Shown: positions 13,398 to 26,467 of the stretch, piece after piece
Numbering within the stretch: position 1 is the stretch's first letter
Layout of the letters: the number at the start of each line of letters is the position of its first letter
NCBI RefSeq assembly: GCF_023055435.1
Contig: NW_025964223.1
Span: 18,042,001-18,106,000 of the forward strand
Length of the DNA stretch: 64,000 nt
Reading direction: 5' to 3'
From: Haliotis rufescens
Lineage: Eukaryota
Made by a program: the position numbers and the translations under genes
Notes under the pieces: model-generated
The model's input: the letters and a program-made list of their open reading frames with translations, nothing else
What the model was told of the DNA's origin: nothing
Databases searched by the model: none

Positions 13398-14602
13398 CAG
13401 TCTCAGTATCATGCAGTCTCAACGCGGAGCATGGCTAGTTTGACAATGTTCAGACAATCTTCATATAGTGAGAAAGTGTATTCTATTTGATAAATCATGC
13501 TGGAGAATGGATTATTCAACTCACGGACACGATTGGCTGCATTTGACATGTTCTGTTGACAGCATGAATTACCCGTAAGTTACAAGTTATTCGGAAAAGC
13601 TTTAGGTTGGAATAGGTTGCAACTGGAAAATCAACTGTTAGTTTTGTAGGATATATCAGCATTCGATTCATGGTTAGTATGAATGCAAGATTCCACCAGT
13701 CTTATCAGACACACACGATGATAACACATAACTATCCCAAAGGGGTTATAATTTCCCCAAAGGAGAATGTTTTACAAAGTGGAAGTCAAGTATTTTCTCG
13801 TATGTTTAAATTGTGAAATTTACACATTAAAAACTAATGTCACTTATCATGAATGTTGCGACTCTTGTAGAATTCAGAAAAATGTATTCCTGATTCCTTA
13901 TACTTCATAATTCGTCCATTGTGACAAAGACATGCAGTGTGTATATGACTACGGTACTGGAACTGTTCATCTCTGTAGTTACACAATGAGTCACAATCAA
14001 ATATAGAAAGAAAGTATCTATCATTGATCATACGACTACAATTTGAGCTTTTTTGTACGTGCCTGAAAGAAATAGTCCACTTTAGCACATACATATAGCT
14101 TATCCTTACTCATTCGTCTCATACCACATCGCTCACTCGTTTGCTCCATTTTTTATGAACATGAACATGTACATGGGGAAAGGATTTTGTCACTTTTACG
14201 TTAAAAAAGGTGAATAGTGGGTAATATGTATTCCATCTTCCCGAGGAAAAGGCGTTAACTGACAATAAAAGTCCAGAAGCATGTATGTATTCAGATCATA
14301 AGGCTTATGGCGTTAAAATACTGATGTCAAGGAAAGCCACGAATTCCAATGCAACATGGTTATAAAATGTAACTGGAACTCATGATGAGTTATCAAACTT
14401 CAAACAAGAAAAAGATGTAGTGTTAGAAAATAGATTATAGATATGCCTCGAATTGTATGTATATATTTACTAAAGTAGACCATCTATTTCAGAAACCGGC
14501 ACATAGCTAAAATAGTATTTGCACGACCAATTGTAGATAGTTCCTTCACATTCCTGACGGAGACTCAGTGTGCATATATAATAACGATAGTTCTTTCAAA
14601 TA

Positions 14603-14950
14603 GACCGCCTTCGTGGTCTTGTGGTAGAGCGTCCGCCCGAAGAGCGGAAGGTACGGAGTTCGATCCACGGCCGCGTCATACAAAAAGACGTTAAAAGTTA
14701 GTACTTGTTGTTACCCTGTCTGGCGCTCGGCATAAAGGGGCTAAAACAAGGACTGGTCGGTTCGGAGTCAGTATACTGTGTCTGAGTGGGGTATTCATGT
14801 TAAACTGCGGCATGGTATCTCAGTGAGCTAACACTATAAATCGGCATTAATCCGGACTAGTACAAACAGTCACACACACACGTACATGCAGGTCGCTATA
14901 TAAGTGCAATAATCTTGGACGCGACGTTGAACCCAATTTCACCTCACCTC
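14603..14950 (+). mobile_element. Full-length tRNA-derived SINE with Meta-like central domain
   Basis: A box (gtggtcttgtggtagagc), B box (gttcgatcc), gtcatacaaaaagacgttaaaagttagtacttgttg core and (CACCT)n tail. Other copies at 43025-43340 (minus), 1568-1746 and 54424-54493. Confidence 0.85.
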
Positions 14951-17530
14951 TTTCAAATACCTGAAAGTACCTCAATTTACATCCATATAATCAATGATGG
15001 ATTTTAGCCCGCATATACCGGAAAACCGTCGTTTTGTGTCTAATAAATGATGATTTGATCCTTGAGAGTGACAATGACTTGACAATGATAGCATATTCAT
15101 TAAAATGCCTTAATGTGCCTCATATCATGTATATTAGATGAATGATAGATAGGTCCTTCGAATGTCCCTTAAACTATATAAATATAAAATCACTGATAGA
15201 TTCATTTGTTTCAATGAATGTTCCTGAAATTGTATATATATAGAGAATATACAGTAATCAATGACAGATTCTAAGTTGTGTGTATATAAATATATGTTCA
15301 ACAATGAATTATGATTTCAAATACTGATGTTGCCTCATAGATCTTTGTATATTGTTAGAAGTACAACATTGTTTATATTGTTAGTATATATGGCCAGTAT
15401 ATTTCAAATGACTAATTTATACTTACCAAAATATTGATTCACTGATTTTTCTTATTCGGGGTATCAATTGTCACGTGTATGTGTATCATGAATATTTGTC
15501 ACAAATGTATCATTAGTTACATACGTCACTCACGAACTTCAGCTACAATGCTCTGGAGAACGAAATGTAGATAAGTATTTATATGACTGTATTTTCAGTA
15601 TCATTTGTGAGAAAGAACTATCATTGTCTATTTTACATTGATTTGATGGACAAGTTTGAATGCAGTTTGTATTTTCTTGTTGTGACAGTTTGACAGTGAC
15701 CAAGCATGGAAACAAGTCGAATTGTAAGACTCATTTCTCATTTTGGTCTGATATTATTTCTCATGTTTCTAATGAAACATGCAATGAGTTTAGTAACATC
15801 TTGTCAACAACATCTCCTTTAAATCGTCTTACACAAGTTGAAGACATCTGGGCCCTGTTTCACAAATCTATCTTAGCGCTAATGCTGTCATTACATCCAG
15901 CAATTGGTCATGTCTTTATTCATAATATATTCCTACATAAGCTAATGTCGACAAATGGACAACATTGTTTAGTAATATATTTTATGATGCCAATACTGTC
16001 TTTAAATGTATCATTATAACTATCTGATTATGTATATGTTTAAATATGTTCTATTTGAATTCAAAATATGCATACATGATGTTTTCTAAAGATGTGTGTA
16101 CACATTATCATTTGTACCATTGGTACACAATATTAACTTGGTAACACAAACATACTGTGTAATAACTTTTCCTTTGTCTGGGATTAGAATTGGCTTGCCA
16201 ATGTTTTAGGATTTTTGTCATATCTACTAGTATATCTATTACAACCAGTCACTGGGTATTTGTATTTCAAGCGCAAACTTATCAACACTGTTTTGTTCTA
16301 ACCAGTCTTACAGTCTGTGTATGACATGAAACGATGTGATTGAAGATATTGTTTCAATAACCTATTAATGTTCCCTTTTCAGTTCATTTTTATAAGAAGT
16401 TAATGTGATTTTTCTGAATGCACCAACCTTTGGTCCACTGAGAGATAAAGTGTCATTGATGAACCATATGCTCATACACAGGTGTGGGACACACTATGAA
16501 ACTTAGTATTTAAAGATCCAGACAATGATTAAAATGTATCAGATTCTTTTTCCTTGATAGGATATATACAAATCGGTTATTATGTAAACAAAATAATTCA
16601 CTATCAACGTTTGCCTTTATAGTTCATATACTTCTGGTGGGTACTGATAATACTATATGATCCTTTTATACATATAGATGTTTTATATATACATGGAAAT
16701 GATCGTGTTGTTTGTTGTGTCAAAATAGAGTGTTGTTGTGTCAATTTCTTGCATCTGTCAGGATATATTCCTTGCAGGATATATGGTGTGTATGAAATTG
16801 TACTCACTGAAGGAATATATAATTTCTTCGTTGATTTGTAACACATTGTGATAGCTTCATCTCACAATAAAATATTTGCAGATCAAATATGTGTAATTAT
16901 GTTGTTTTTCTGGTCACGTGTCCTTCATTTAAAACATATTGACCGAATGCACATGTTTCTTTCAAATGTCACTACACACGAACAAAACAAATATGAAAAC
17001 ACATCATCAACAGGGATCAAATTGTTACTTTGAAAAGTAACCGATAAACAAATGTTTGTGGGTATATAAACGAAACCAAGATTCGTACTTGCTCTTTTAT
17101 CCGTAATTTAATCAGAAAGGGTAACGAAATCTTTGAGACGAATATGGGCAGATCTAATGCCCGATTTTGAAATAGGAATATATATGGAGTGAATATTATT
17201 ACATTATATTAATATTTGACCCAATTGGCAAATTACCACATTTACACCATATTCGATTCACCAGACGTTTGTAATTATGTCTACTGAATGAAGATAGATG
17301 ATAGATGATCTATTGATATGAAATAAGTATACAATGAAATCTTAACGCGAATTGCTTGGAACATCCAAATATACGCTTAATTACAACGGTCCGGTATAAT
17401 CAGCATTCGACAAGCAACTGAACTAGTATTATCATATATAATAGGTACATAAAAACTATTACCACATTTCATATAACTTCAAATGTCTACCAAAACATTT
17501 CAAATGCCATGTCCACGGCCCTAGAATACT

Positions 17531-18530
17531 TCGACTCAACGAGGTAATGCTGCTATTTGTGTTGCTGTTTCGACTCAGCGAGGTAGTGCTGCTATTTGTG
17601 TTGCTGTTTCGACTCAGCGAGGAAATGCTGCTATTTATGTTGCTGTTTCGACTCAGTGAGGTAAAGCTACTATTTATGTTGCTGTTTCGACTCAGTGAGG
17701 TAAGGCTACTATTTATGTTGCTGTATCGACTCAGCGAGGTAAAGCTACTATTCATGTTGCTGTTTCGACTCAGCGAGGTAAAGCTGCTATTTGTGTTGCT
17801 GTTTCGACTCAGCGAGGTAAAGCTGCTATTTGTGTTGCTGTATCGACTCAGTGAGGTAAAGCTACTATTTATGTTGCTGTTTCGACTCAGTGAGGTAAAG
17901 CTGCTATTTGTGTTGCTGTATCGACTCAGCGAGGTAAAGCTGCTATTTGTGTTGCTGTTTCGACTCAGTGAGGTAAAGCTACTATTTGTGTTGCTGTTTC
18001 GACTCAGTGAGGTAAAGCTACTATTCATGTTGCTGTTTCGACTCAGCGAGGTAAAGCTTCTATTCATGTTGCTGTTTTGACTCAGTGAGGTAAAGCTGCT
18101 ATTTGTGTTGCTGTTTCGACTCAGCGAGGAAATGCTGCTATTTATGTTGCTGTTTCGACTCAGTGAGGTAAAGCTACTATTTATGTTGCTGTTTCGACTC
18201 AGTGAGGTAAGGCTACTATTTATGTTGCTGTATCGACTCAGCGAGGTAAAGCTACTATTCATGCTGCTGTTTCGACTCAGTGAGGTTAAGCTGCTATTTG
18301 TGTTGCTGTATCGACTCAGCGAGGTACAGCTGCTATTTGTGTTGCTGTATCGACTCAGCGAGGTAAAGCTGCTATTCATGTTGATGTTTTGATTCAGTGA
18401 GGTAATGCTATTATGTGTGTTGCTGTTTCGACTCAGCGAGGTAAAGCTGCTATTTATGTTGCTGTTTTGACTCAGAGTGGTAATGCTATTATTTGTGTTG
18501 CTCTTTCGACTCATCGAGGTAAAGCTGCTA
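17531..18530. repeat. Minisatellite, 39-bp unit, ~25 copies
   Basis: Unit tcgactcagcgaggtaaagctgctatttgtgttgctgtt; accounts for the repetitive ORFs on both strands. Confidence 0.97.
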
Positions 18531-18974
18531 TACATGATAACGTTGTGACACAGTGAGATCACTGTGTAGAAGGAATGGATATATATGTGAGGAGATTTCT
18601 TTGAAAATAATCATGATTAGAAAAGCCACGACACATACATTGCTTTTAATACTTTTAATATCTTACCTTTTAGCAAGAACAAGCACCTTGTTATAAGGTT
18701 GCTTTTATGACAAGGCAGGAGAAACTCTTGAAAATATGTATCACGTCTGTGAAAAAATAACAGATTCAACCTAAACAAAATCCAGTTAAAAATGTAAATA
18801 GAAACATGCATATACAAAATGACGCATATTTTTTAGATATTGGCTATATTTTTTTATATTTTCTTTGTTATAGTGATAAACTAATGTTATAAGGGGCAAT
18901 GAGTCATGATTACCGGACTCCACCTTCTCTACAATTCCTGTAGCGTGTTTGAGTCTTTCATATGTAACTTCAGT

Positions 18975-19124
18975 TATTTATAAACACACGTTGTTCGTGA
19001 TTGGCCCGATGCGGACCTGAAATACATCTGACGTGGAATGATGGCTGTCGCATGCACAACGATATTGATCATTTGACTGCTCTCGCTGCACGCTTCATTT
19101 TACAAAGACCATATCCAAGTGAGT
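18975..19124 (+). promoter_or_regulatory. Probable TATA and non-coding exon 1 of short IAP copy 1
   Basis: TTTTATAAA near 18976. Donor accatatccaa|gtgagttgtttg (19119) is homologous to accatatcc|gtaagttgtttg (25685). Downstream acceptor ttcag ends at 20455. Confidence 0.5.
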
Positions 19125-20478
19125 TGTTTGTCTCCTACCACTTTCTCCGTGGTTGTGATAATGCCACCGATCTAAATAACCAGATTAAATAACGTGAGAT
19201 AAATATTCACCCTCGTAAACTTGTAAATTCGAGTGACTCGAGTAGCGGATACCATATCTAAAAATAGTTTGTCAACATGACTTAATACGGAGGTGTGTTG
19301 TTTATATCCAAGCACATACAGATATAGTCAGAGTCTGCTCAGTTTTCAAAACATGGGCTGTAGGTAGTTGTTTTCAATATCGCGTAGCTGTGACAATCAT
19401 CTGCATAGAAATAGATCATTATAGAAAGAGTTGTCAGCGTGAACGTGTAGAATTAGGAAATAAACCTCCTGTATTTCAAATCAAATATTTTTGTCTTGGT
19501 TACAACATGTACAAGTGCGCAAATCAAAAAGACGCATTTCAGTCAAATTTATCAGTAATCTGAATTTTTAATCGCGTATTAAATGGAGTCACGGGAGAAT
19601 GAATGTTTGCTTGCCCTTGGATTGAAGTGACTGGAAGTGCTCATATGTCGGCGGTGATAATAGCTTTGCCTCTATTCATATAGAGCTGTACACAATAGCC
19701 TGTCGCAACCGGTCCATACAGTCATAAGGAAGTAAATCTAACACAACGACGTTCGTGTTGTGGGCTGGTAACACCCATTAAATCATTTGATGTATGTTGA
19801 AATCGTAACATGTATGCCATATTGATTCATTATAATGACACATGGCCTTACGTTTTGGTAACTGGCATGTTTATCTCTTCAAATGTATATGTTCATGAAT
19901 GATGCAGAAACGAGTGAAAATGTCAAAATTATCAGGTCATAACTTCACGTATTTCCTACTTATTGTCATACCCTGACACCTGGTGTCATCAATGATTTTC
20001 GGTGATCCATTCATATAATGAACATCACTTGTTTGCCTTTACGCCATGTTATAACTTTGTTCATTTTGCCTCATAGCTATAATATCAACAACAACAGTTT
20101 CCCTTGACATGCTAGATACTAGTATCCTTATCGTGGTCTGATATAAAAATAATAATGTTCGGCTCTGCCTGTCAGAGAAAAGGTTATACTGACCTAAGAA
20201 AAAGTCTATCTCTATATCTCTAACACATATAGAATATTAAACTTCGACGCCTTATATTGATACATCCGTCACTTTGTGAATTGGGGCAGTGGGGTAGCCC
20301 GACGTGAGTGTTGGAATATTGCTAAAAGCGACTTAAACCCTTACTCACGTACGTTTTGAATTATATAGTGTCTGTTGAAAAGTATTAAAATGCATCAGTT
20401 CGATGTCTCCTAAATTCTCGTTCTCGCATCTTCACCATGATTATTTGAACTTCAGAGGAAAGACTGGTTTTGACAACA

Positions 20479-23167
20479 ATGAAGCCGAAGCAATTCCTGT
20501 ACTCCTTCAAGTTATGGCATGACATGATTAGAGTGGATGTTATGGACAAGTGCTTGCATGTGAAGTCAGTGTTCCTCATGCCTTTCCCGAACTTCGTGAA
20601 GGATACCAAGACCTTGCATGATTCCAAAGATTCTTTTGAATAATCTAAATATGAGTTTCCATTCTCAAGAATCCATGTCTTTCCGTCTATTTGTCTCAGG
20701 GGAAACTTCGAGGCATTGGTTAGTAGAGGAGGGGAACCTCTCCAGGACATCATGCGGCTTGAGGCTTTAAGGCTGCGATCCTTTAATGGGGTGAATATTG
20801 AAGCGCCAGCCTTAGTCCTTGCTAGAGAAGGGTTGTATGCTACAGGAGATGGTGACGAGACTAGATGTTTCAGCTGCGGCATCAGGCACAGGAACTGGAG
20901 ACGAAGGGACAGGCCTGCCGATGTCCATCTTGAAGATTGTTGTAGGCATAATTCAAGAAATATACGATTTGCCAACAACCCCTTGCCTTCGGGGAATCAG
21001 CCTGTCCGAACTCACCTTGCGCTGCAAGATCATGACGTACACCCAGTCAGGATCTCCAGAAATCCTGTTATCATCCCCGGTAGCAGTAGAGGAAACCGTG
21101 CACACATGCTCCAGCCAACAGGTGATTACAGTACATTCACAGAACGTCTCTCTACATATCGAAACTGGCCACATGGAAGAGATGTTGCTTTGCCAGCCGC
21201 CATTGCCAGAGCTGGTTTCTTCTACGAAGGTAAGACGTTATATAATATCTATATTTTGTGTCTCTCATGTCTTATCTCATGTCTTATGTCATGTCTTGTC
21301 TCATGTCTTGCCTAATGTCTTGTCTCTCGTTTTGTGTCATGTCTTGTGGACCCGTGAAGATCCGGGGTAGAATAGATCTTCAGCAACCCATGCTTGCCGT
21401 GAAAGGCGACTATGCTTGTCGTAAAAGGCGACTAACGGGATCGGGTGATCAGGCTCGCTTACTTGGTTGATGCATGCCATCGATCCCAATTGTGTGGATC
21501 GATGCTCATGATATTAATCACTGGATTGTCTGGTCCAGACTCGATTATTTACAGACCGCCGTCATATAGCTGGAATATTGCTGAGTGCGGCGTTAAACAA
21601 CAAACCAACCAACCAAATCATGTCTTCTGTTATGTCTTGCCTCATGTCTTGTCTCTCGTTTTGTATCATGTCTTGTATCATGTCTCATCTCATGGGTTGT
21701 CTCATGTTTTGTCTCATTATTCGTCACATGGTTTTTCTCATAACAATATCTTGTACCAAATCGCTAAATGTTTAAAAACATTATCAATAACGATGGAATG
21801 CTTACATTGGAACTACAAAAATCATTCCTTTCAAATAATGTCAATGCATTTTTTTTTTTTTTATTTCTTGGAGGTTTCGCTGATACTGTCCGGTGTTTCG
21901 CATGTTTGACTGCCTTGCGAGACTGGGAACCAGGAGACGATCCCTGGATAGAGCACGTAAGATGGAGGCCAAGGTGTGATTACATAGAATTTGTGAGAGG
22001 TCAAAGACACAGACGGGCGGTTGTCACCAGCATGGCCCAGGTATTGTATTATTATTGATTTTTGAAAACATAAGATTCACAATTTGGTTATTCGGCACCT
22101 TTCTCCATAGCATTATGATTAAACAAGTCTTTATGTCACATGCAGAAAACAGTCCTATTACATTTACCGGTTGTATTTTAAACAGGCACGTCGTGGATGC
22201 GGCCGTGATCCTCCATATGGACAAAGGGAAAATTGTAAGTTTCCTTACCTGTACACTGGATGAACGGTACATATGCATGTAAATTCCCCATGCTTAATTA
22301 TTGCAGCATTCTTCATGATAGTCCAAATTAGAATAAACAATAAATTAGTGACTGAGTGAGTTGGATTTTATGCCGCTTTTAACAATGTCCCAAGGTCACG
22401 GCAGATTTAACTAAGGATACGAACAAGAAGTCGTGTTCAAAGTTCCTTATGAATAATCACTGTCATGTTATATTGTATGTTTTGTTAATTATTATCAGTA
22501 ATTACGTGTTGAGTTTGTATCTCTGATTTGGCGCTGCAGATCCTTTGGGACTTTGTCTCGAGATGGGCTACAGCCAGCACGATATCTTGGAGGCTGCACG
22601 TATTATCGAGAGAGGTAGCGAAGTGTTTATTTGTCATTAAAACATGTATGAAGGCGTTGAACTAAGGTTGTTCGGGTTTGGTTCCATGTAAAGAACTGTA
22701 ATTATTTCACAGTTCATTATCATACAAGAAGTGATATATGTATCATGCCGTCAGTCAGACAGGTACGAATTATACACATTCAGTGTAACAGCATTACTGG
22801 CTGAGAACGTTGAAACTCACAATGACATGCACTGATGTCAGAGACCGAGAGATAACGTCATGTACCTTTTGGCAACCAATCCGAAACTTAACTTTGAATA
22901 ACGAGACTTCGTTGTCATCTTTCAGATAGAGCTGTACTTTCGCTTGAACTGCTTCTCGACAAGTTGATGGTACTAGCAGATGGCACCTCGGTAGATTACA
23001 GCTCACAAGCGCGTGGGGGGAATTGTATTGGTTGTGGGATTCAGCCAATTGCAATAAGGTTTATTCCGTGTGACCACCGTGTATTCTGCAACAGATGCGC
23101 TGAAGACTTCAGTAGGTGCCCCCTCAGAGAGTGTGGACGAGCTATTCAGGGCGTCGAATGGATGTAG
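20479..23167 (+). pseudogene. Short IAP copy 1 (BIR-BIR-UBA-RING) with premature TAA at 20641; exons 20479-21229, 21874-22040, 22186-22234, 22540-22614, 22926-23167
   Basis: Same exon structure as copy 2, with TAT->TAA at codon 55. Reinitiation at ATG 20752 (MRLEALRL) would keep all domains, so it may still function. AATAAA at 23216. Confidence 0.75.
21349..21616 (+). mobile_element. Deu/Nin-domain SINE in intron, inserted in a (TCATGTCTTG)-type simple repeat
   Basis: cttgtcgtaaaaggcgactaacgggatcggg...cactggattgtctggtccagactcgattatttacagaccgcc core and (AACC)n tail. Confidence 0.85.
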
Positions 23168-23424
23168 AACATAAGCCGGCACACTACCAGCTTGACGAAA
23201 ATACGCACATTTCATAATAAATGCATGTTCACTCTTCCTTAGTTGTTGTTTTGGATATCGAATTCTAAGACTGTTTGACTCAGGTAGAAAAAATATTTTC
23301 TTAATGATACTATCTCAGAAAGAAAATATGAAATGTATACAAAACAGACAATATTAACGCGAATTTCAATCTATCCAAGACTTTTGTCCTGGAGATATGT
23401 TTAAATCAATCCCTTTACTGTTGC

Positions 23425-23572
23425 CCCCGTGAAGATCCGGGTTACAATTGGTCTTCAGCAACCCATGCGTGTCGTAAAACTAACGGGACCGGGTTAGACT
23501 CGCTGATTCGGTTGATGCACGTAATGGTATCCCAATTGCGTAGATCGATGCCCATGATGTCATTCACTGGAT
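23425..23572 (+). mobile_element. Truncated Deu/Nin-domain SINE (duplicate at ~29418-29565)
   Basis: cccgtgaagatccggg..ttcagcaacccatg..cactggatt similarity to the 21349 element. Confidence 0.75.
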
Positions 23573-24217
23573 TTTATATGGATATGTCAGGCAATTAGAG
23601 CTGTAAATATGTTTCTTAAAAAAATTCGATATCTGTATATAAATATTTTCTTCAACGAATGGCATTCCACTTTGCCGGGTAGTTCACGTTACGATATTTA
23701 CTTAACTTTCAAGCAAGATCTTTCTTCAATCAGAAATTTATTTATCAGTACTTGCAACGGAAAGCTTCAAAAAACATTTAATTAATTATCCACTTGGTGT
23801 ATTCGACCTATTTGTAAATGAAAGAAGAAAATTGTTCATTGAAATATCGGAAAAAAATTGTCCATTATGTTATATAGAGATAGAAAATGAAATCCATTTT
23901 GTGTTTGTCTATTTATTATGCATGTATCTGATACTGATTCGTGAGCAAAATTATATATTCACATTAATACAAGCAATTAACAAAGATAAATGAAATTCCC
24001 AACACTATAATAATAAAGTAACCAAGGATTCCACTTCATTCATTCGCATGAATACCAACGCATGTCATTTCAAATGCATCACACTACATATTTGAATCTA
24101 TGGTGGAAATGGATCAAAATAAATAAAAGGAAAACTAGCATTTGTCATTATAAAAAAACAAGATGCCCATGTATATGTATATGCAATATTATTAAAATTA
24201 ATATTCATATTGGTGTC

Positions 24218-24370
24218 GGGGCGGTCGGGTAGCCTAGTGGTTAAAGCGTTCGCTTGTCACGCCGAAGACCTGAGTTCGATTCCCGACATCGGTACAATGT
24301 GTGAAGCCCCGCCGGGATATTGCTGGAATATTGCTAAAAGCGGAGTAAAACCAGATTCAGTCAGTCAGTC
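24218..24370 (+). mobile_element. Short tRNA-derived SINE (duplicate at ~30214-30366)
   Basis: ggtagcctagtggttaaagcg A box, gttcgattccc B box, gctggaatattgctaaaagcgg tail. Confidence 0.85.
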
Positions 24371-25423
24371 ATACTGGTGTCAGGAAGACAATGTAGGTGC
24401 GGGACGTTTTTGGATAAGACAATTCACAGTCTGTATATACAACAATACCAAATAGCTTAACGTAATAGAAGTATACAGAACACCTTTATAACTATAACGT
24501 TTCATAAAACAAGAAACACGCACACGTTGCTCATTCGAATTCAGTACGTACATTTGAGAGAAACTGCATCCTTCCCGGAGAAAGGAATCATGTAAATACT
24601 TAGTGTTTATTATTCTCATTTTGTTATTCTATGTTCGATTGCGTATGAAATGAAAATGTACACTCAACATTGTCAAGAAAGAAAGTGTTTATCATATTGT
24701 TTAATTTGATGATAAGTAATCGAAAGATTACAGCAATGTTCGGTTCAGCAGCATACATCGTATCGTTAATGTTAAAAAAAGATGGCTGAAAATTTATATA
24801 ATTACCATCGTTTTTGCTACAGCATCAAATACTGTCCACATTACAACTATTCTCTATGCCTCAGGGACAACCACACAACGTATATATGTGTCCAGTGTCT
24901 GCCTGTATGCCACGCTTCTCCCGTACAGGTTACACACAACCAAATGTTTTTTCCATAGACTTCTATAGTAACGTTATATTTTTTTTTAAAATAACTAAGC
25001 ATTCAATAGCTATTACCTGTACGTGTGTGCACAGTTTGGCCTTAGAGCAGCAATAAAAATATAAAAAAAACTAGCTTAGTCAGCTCCTTTTCCGAGTACC
25101 GGAAGCTAAACACAACACCCCCAGTTTCGCACCAAATGTCACCTACTTGAAAATAGCTGTGGTCACATTCAGCATAAGTCATCATGTTGAAAAAGACAGT
25201 ACTAATATAGAAAAACATGGTCAGTTTTACTAACTGGATGGATGTACATTTGAAAGACATAAAAATCTTACAGAATATCCTCCAATCACAGCCTGCAGAT
25301 ATCTCTCGACCTGCACTGAAGGCTCCCTACGAAAACCGCACTGTCCAAACTGGTACTGATTTGGTGTAGTAGAACCTGTAGCGCGGTTCACAGGTCACGT
25401 TGACCTGGGCGACGACCGATTAC

Positions 25424-25690
25424 TGAGTCAGAAATAGCACTTGGGATATCCCAGTCAGGAGTAAAACTAGAATCGACGTGTCCCTGCCTTATAAATAGAC
25501 TTGCATTCTTTGTGTGCGAGCTGCGGGTTAGATTATTTATGTTGCATACACGACTTGCAAAGGGACGCAACCGAACTAACCGGCAGAATTACTGGTCTGA
25601 ATGACGCACGGCTGTAACATGACTTCCTTTTCTGATCGGAATGATTGAGTCACAGCCAGCCGACGCCATGTTACCACCATATCCGTAAGT
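25424..25690 (+). promoter_or_regulatory. Duplicated promoter and exon 1 of the long IAP, now upstream of short IAP copy 2
   Basis: AP-1 TGAGTCA at 25424 and 25646, kB-like GGGATATCCC at 25443, TATAAATA at 25490, donor cc|gtaagt at 25685, acceptor cccag ending 26161. Confidence 0.65.
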
Positions 25691-26467
25691 TGTTTGAGTC
25701 CACACTTGATCCTAAAACATCTATATGGCGTTGTTGTTACATGCAGACCTTGCTGATCTGTGTCACTATTGATCTCTTACAGTATTAATGAATATCTGTT
25801 TACCGTAACTCACAGTGAATGTAAAAACCTGGCTATCTAGCGTCACAACATTATGGTCGTTAGTTGATAATATATTATGCGTATATTGCTAATGTATAAC
25901 TCCATATTCTATACATGTAGGTGTCACCAAATGTAGAGCTACCATGTACAGTGAATGTATCATAGCGTCTTCCTCCAAGCGTCTCTCATCTTACATGACA
26001 TCAGCACATTATAACCAGCCACAGTATCAATGATCATCTGTGTAACATACCGATATAACAAGTGTCATATTTAATAAGAAGTACTTGTGGTCTAACAGTG
26101 CTTGAATGCTTATTCTTTGTGACGCAATGTTAAACATGTTAACAACTTCCTGTATCCCCAGGCAGGCACATCAAGTTGTGTAAAGACCCGGCAGCTCTCT
26201 TCGATAACTACAGGGTTACAAAGTACACTGTGTCAAGTGCAATGGCTCCACAACCAGCCGAGGAAGATATCTGAAAGAAGCGATTCAACGTATATACATT
26301 TGGAATATTGCTAAAAGCGACTTAAACCCTTACTCACATACGTTTTGAATTATATAGTGTCTGTTGAAAAGTATTAAAATGCATCAGTTCGATGTCTCCT
26401 AAATTCTCATTCTCGCATCTTCACCATGATTATTTGAACTTCAGAGGAAAGACTGGTTTTGACAACA

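Noticed and set aside
14603-14676. tRNA gene
   Set aside because: The tRNA-like head continues into a SINE body and tail present in several copies; the same applies to 24218, 54424, 55588 and 57470.
17459-18562. 367-aa Ser/Asn-rich ORF (minus) and Leu-rich ORFs (plus)
   Set aside because: By-product of a 39-bp (multiple of 3) minisatellite open on both strands; no unique coding flanks or clear gene structure.
20385-20978. 197-aa and 186-aa antisense ORFs (also 26407-26967)
   Set aside because: Shadow frames of the BIR exon; they recur only because of the recent duplication.
25668-25684. ATG in exon 1 as the IAP start codon
   Set aside because: Splicing to each candidate acceptor I tested reaches a stop before the main ORF; at most a uORF.
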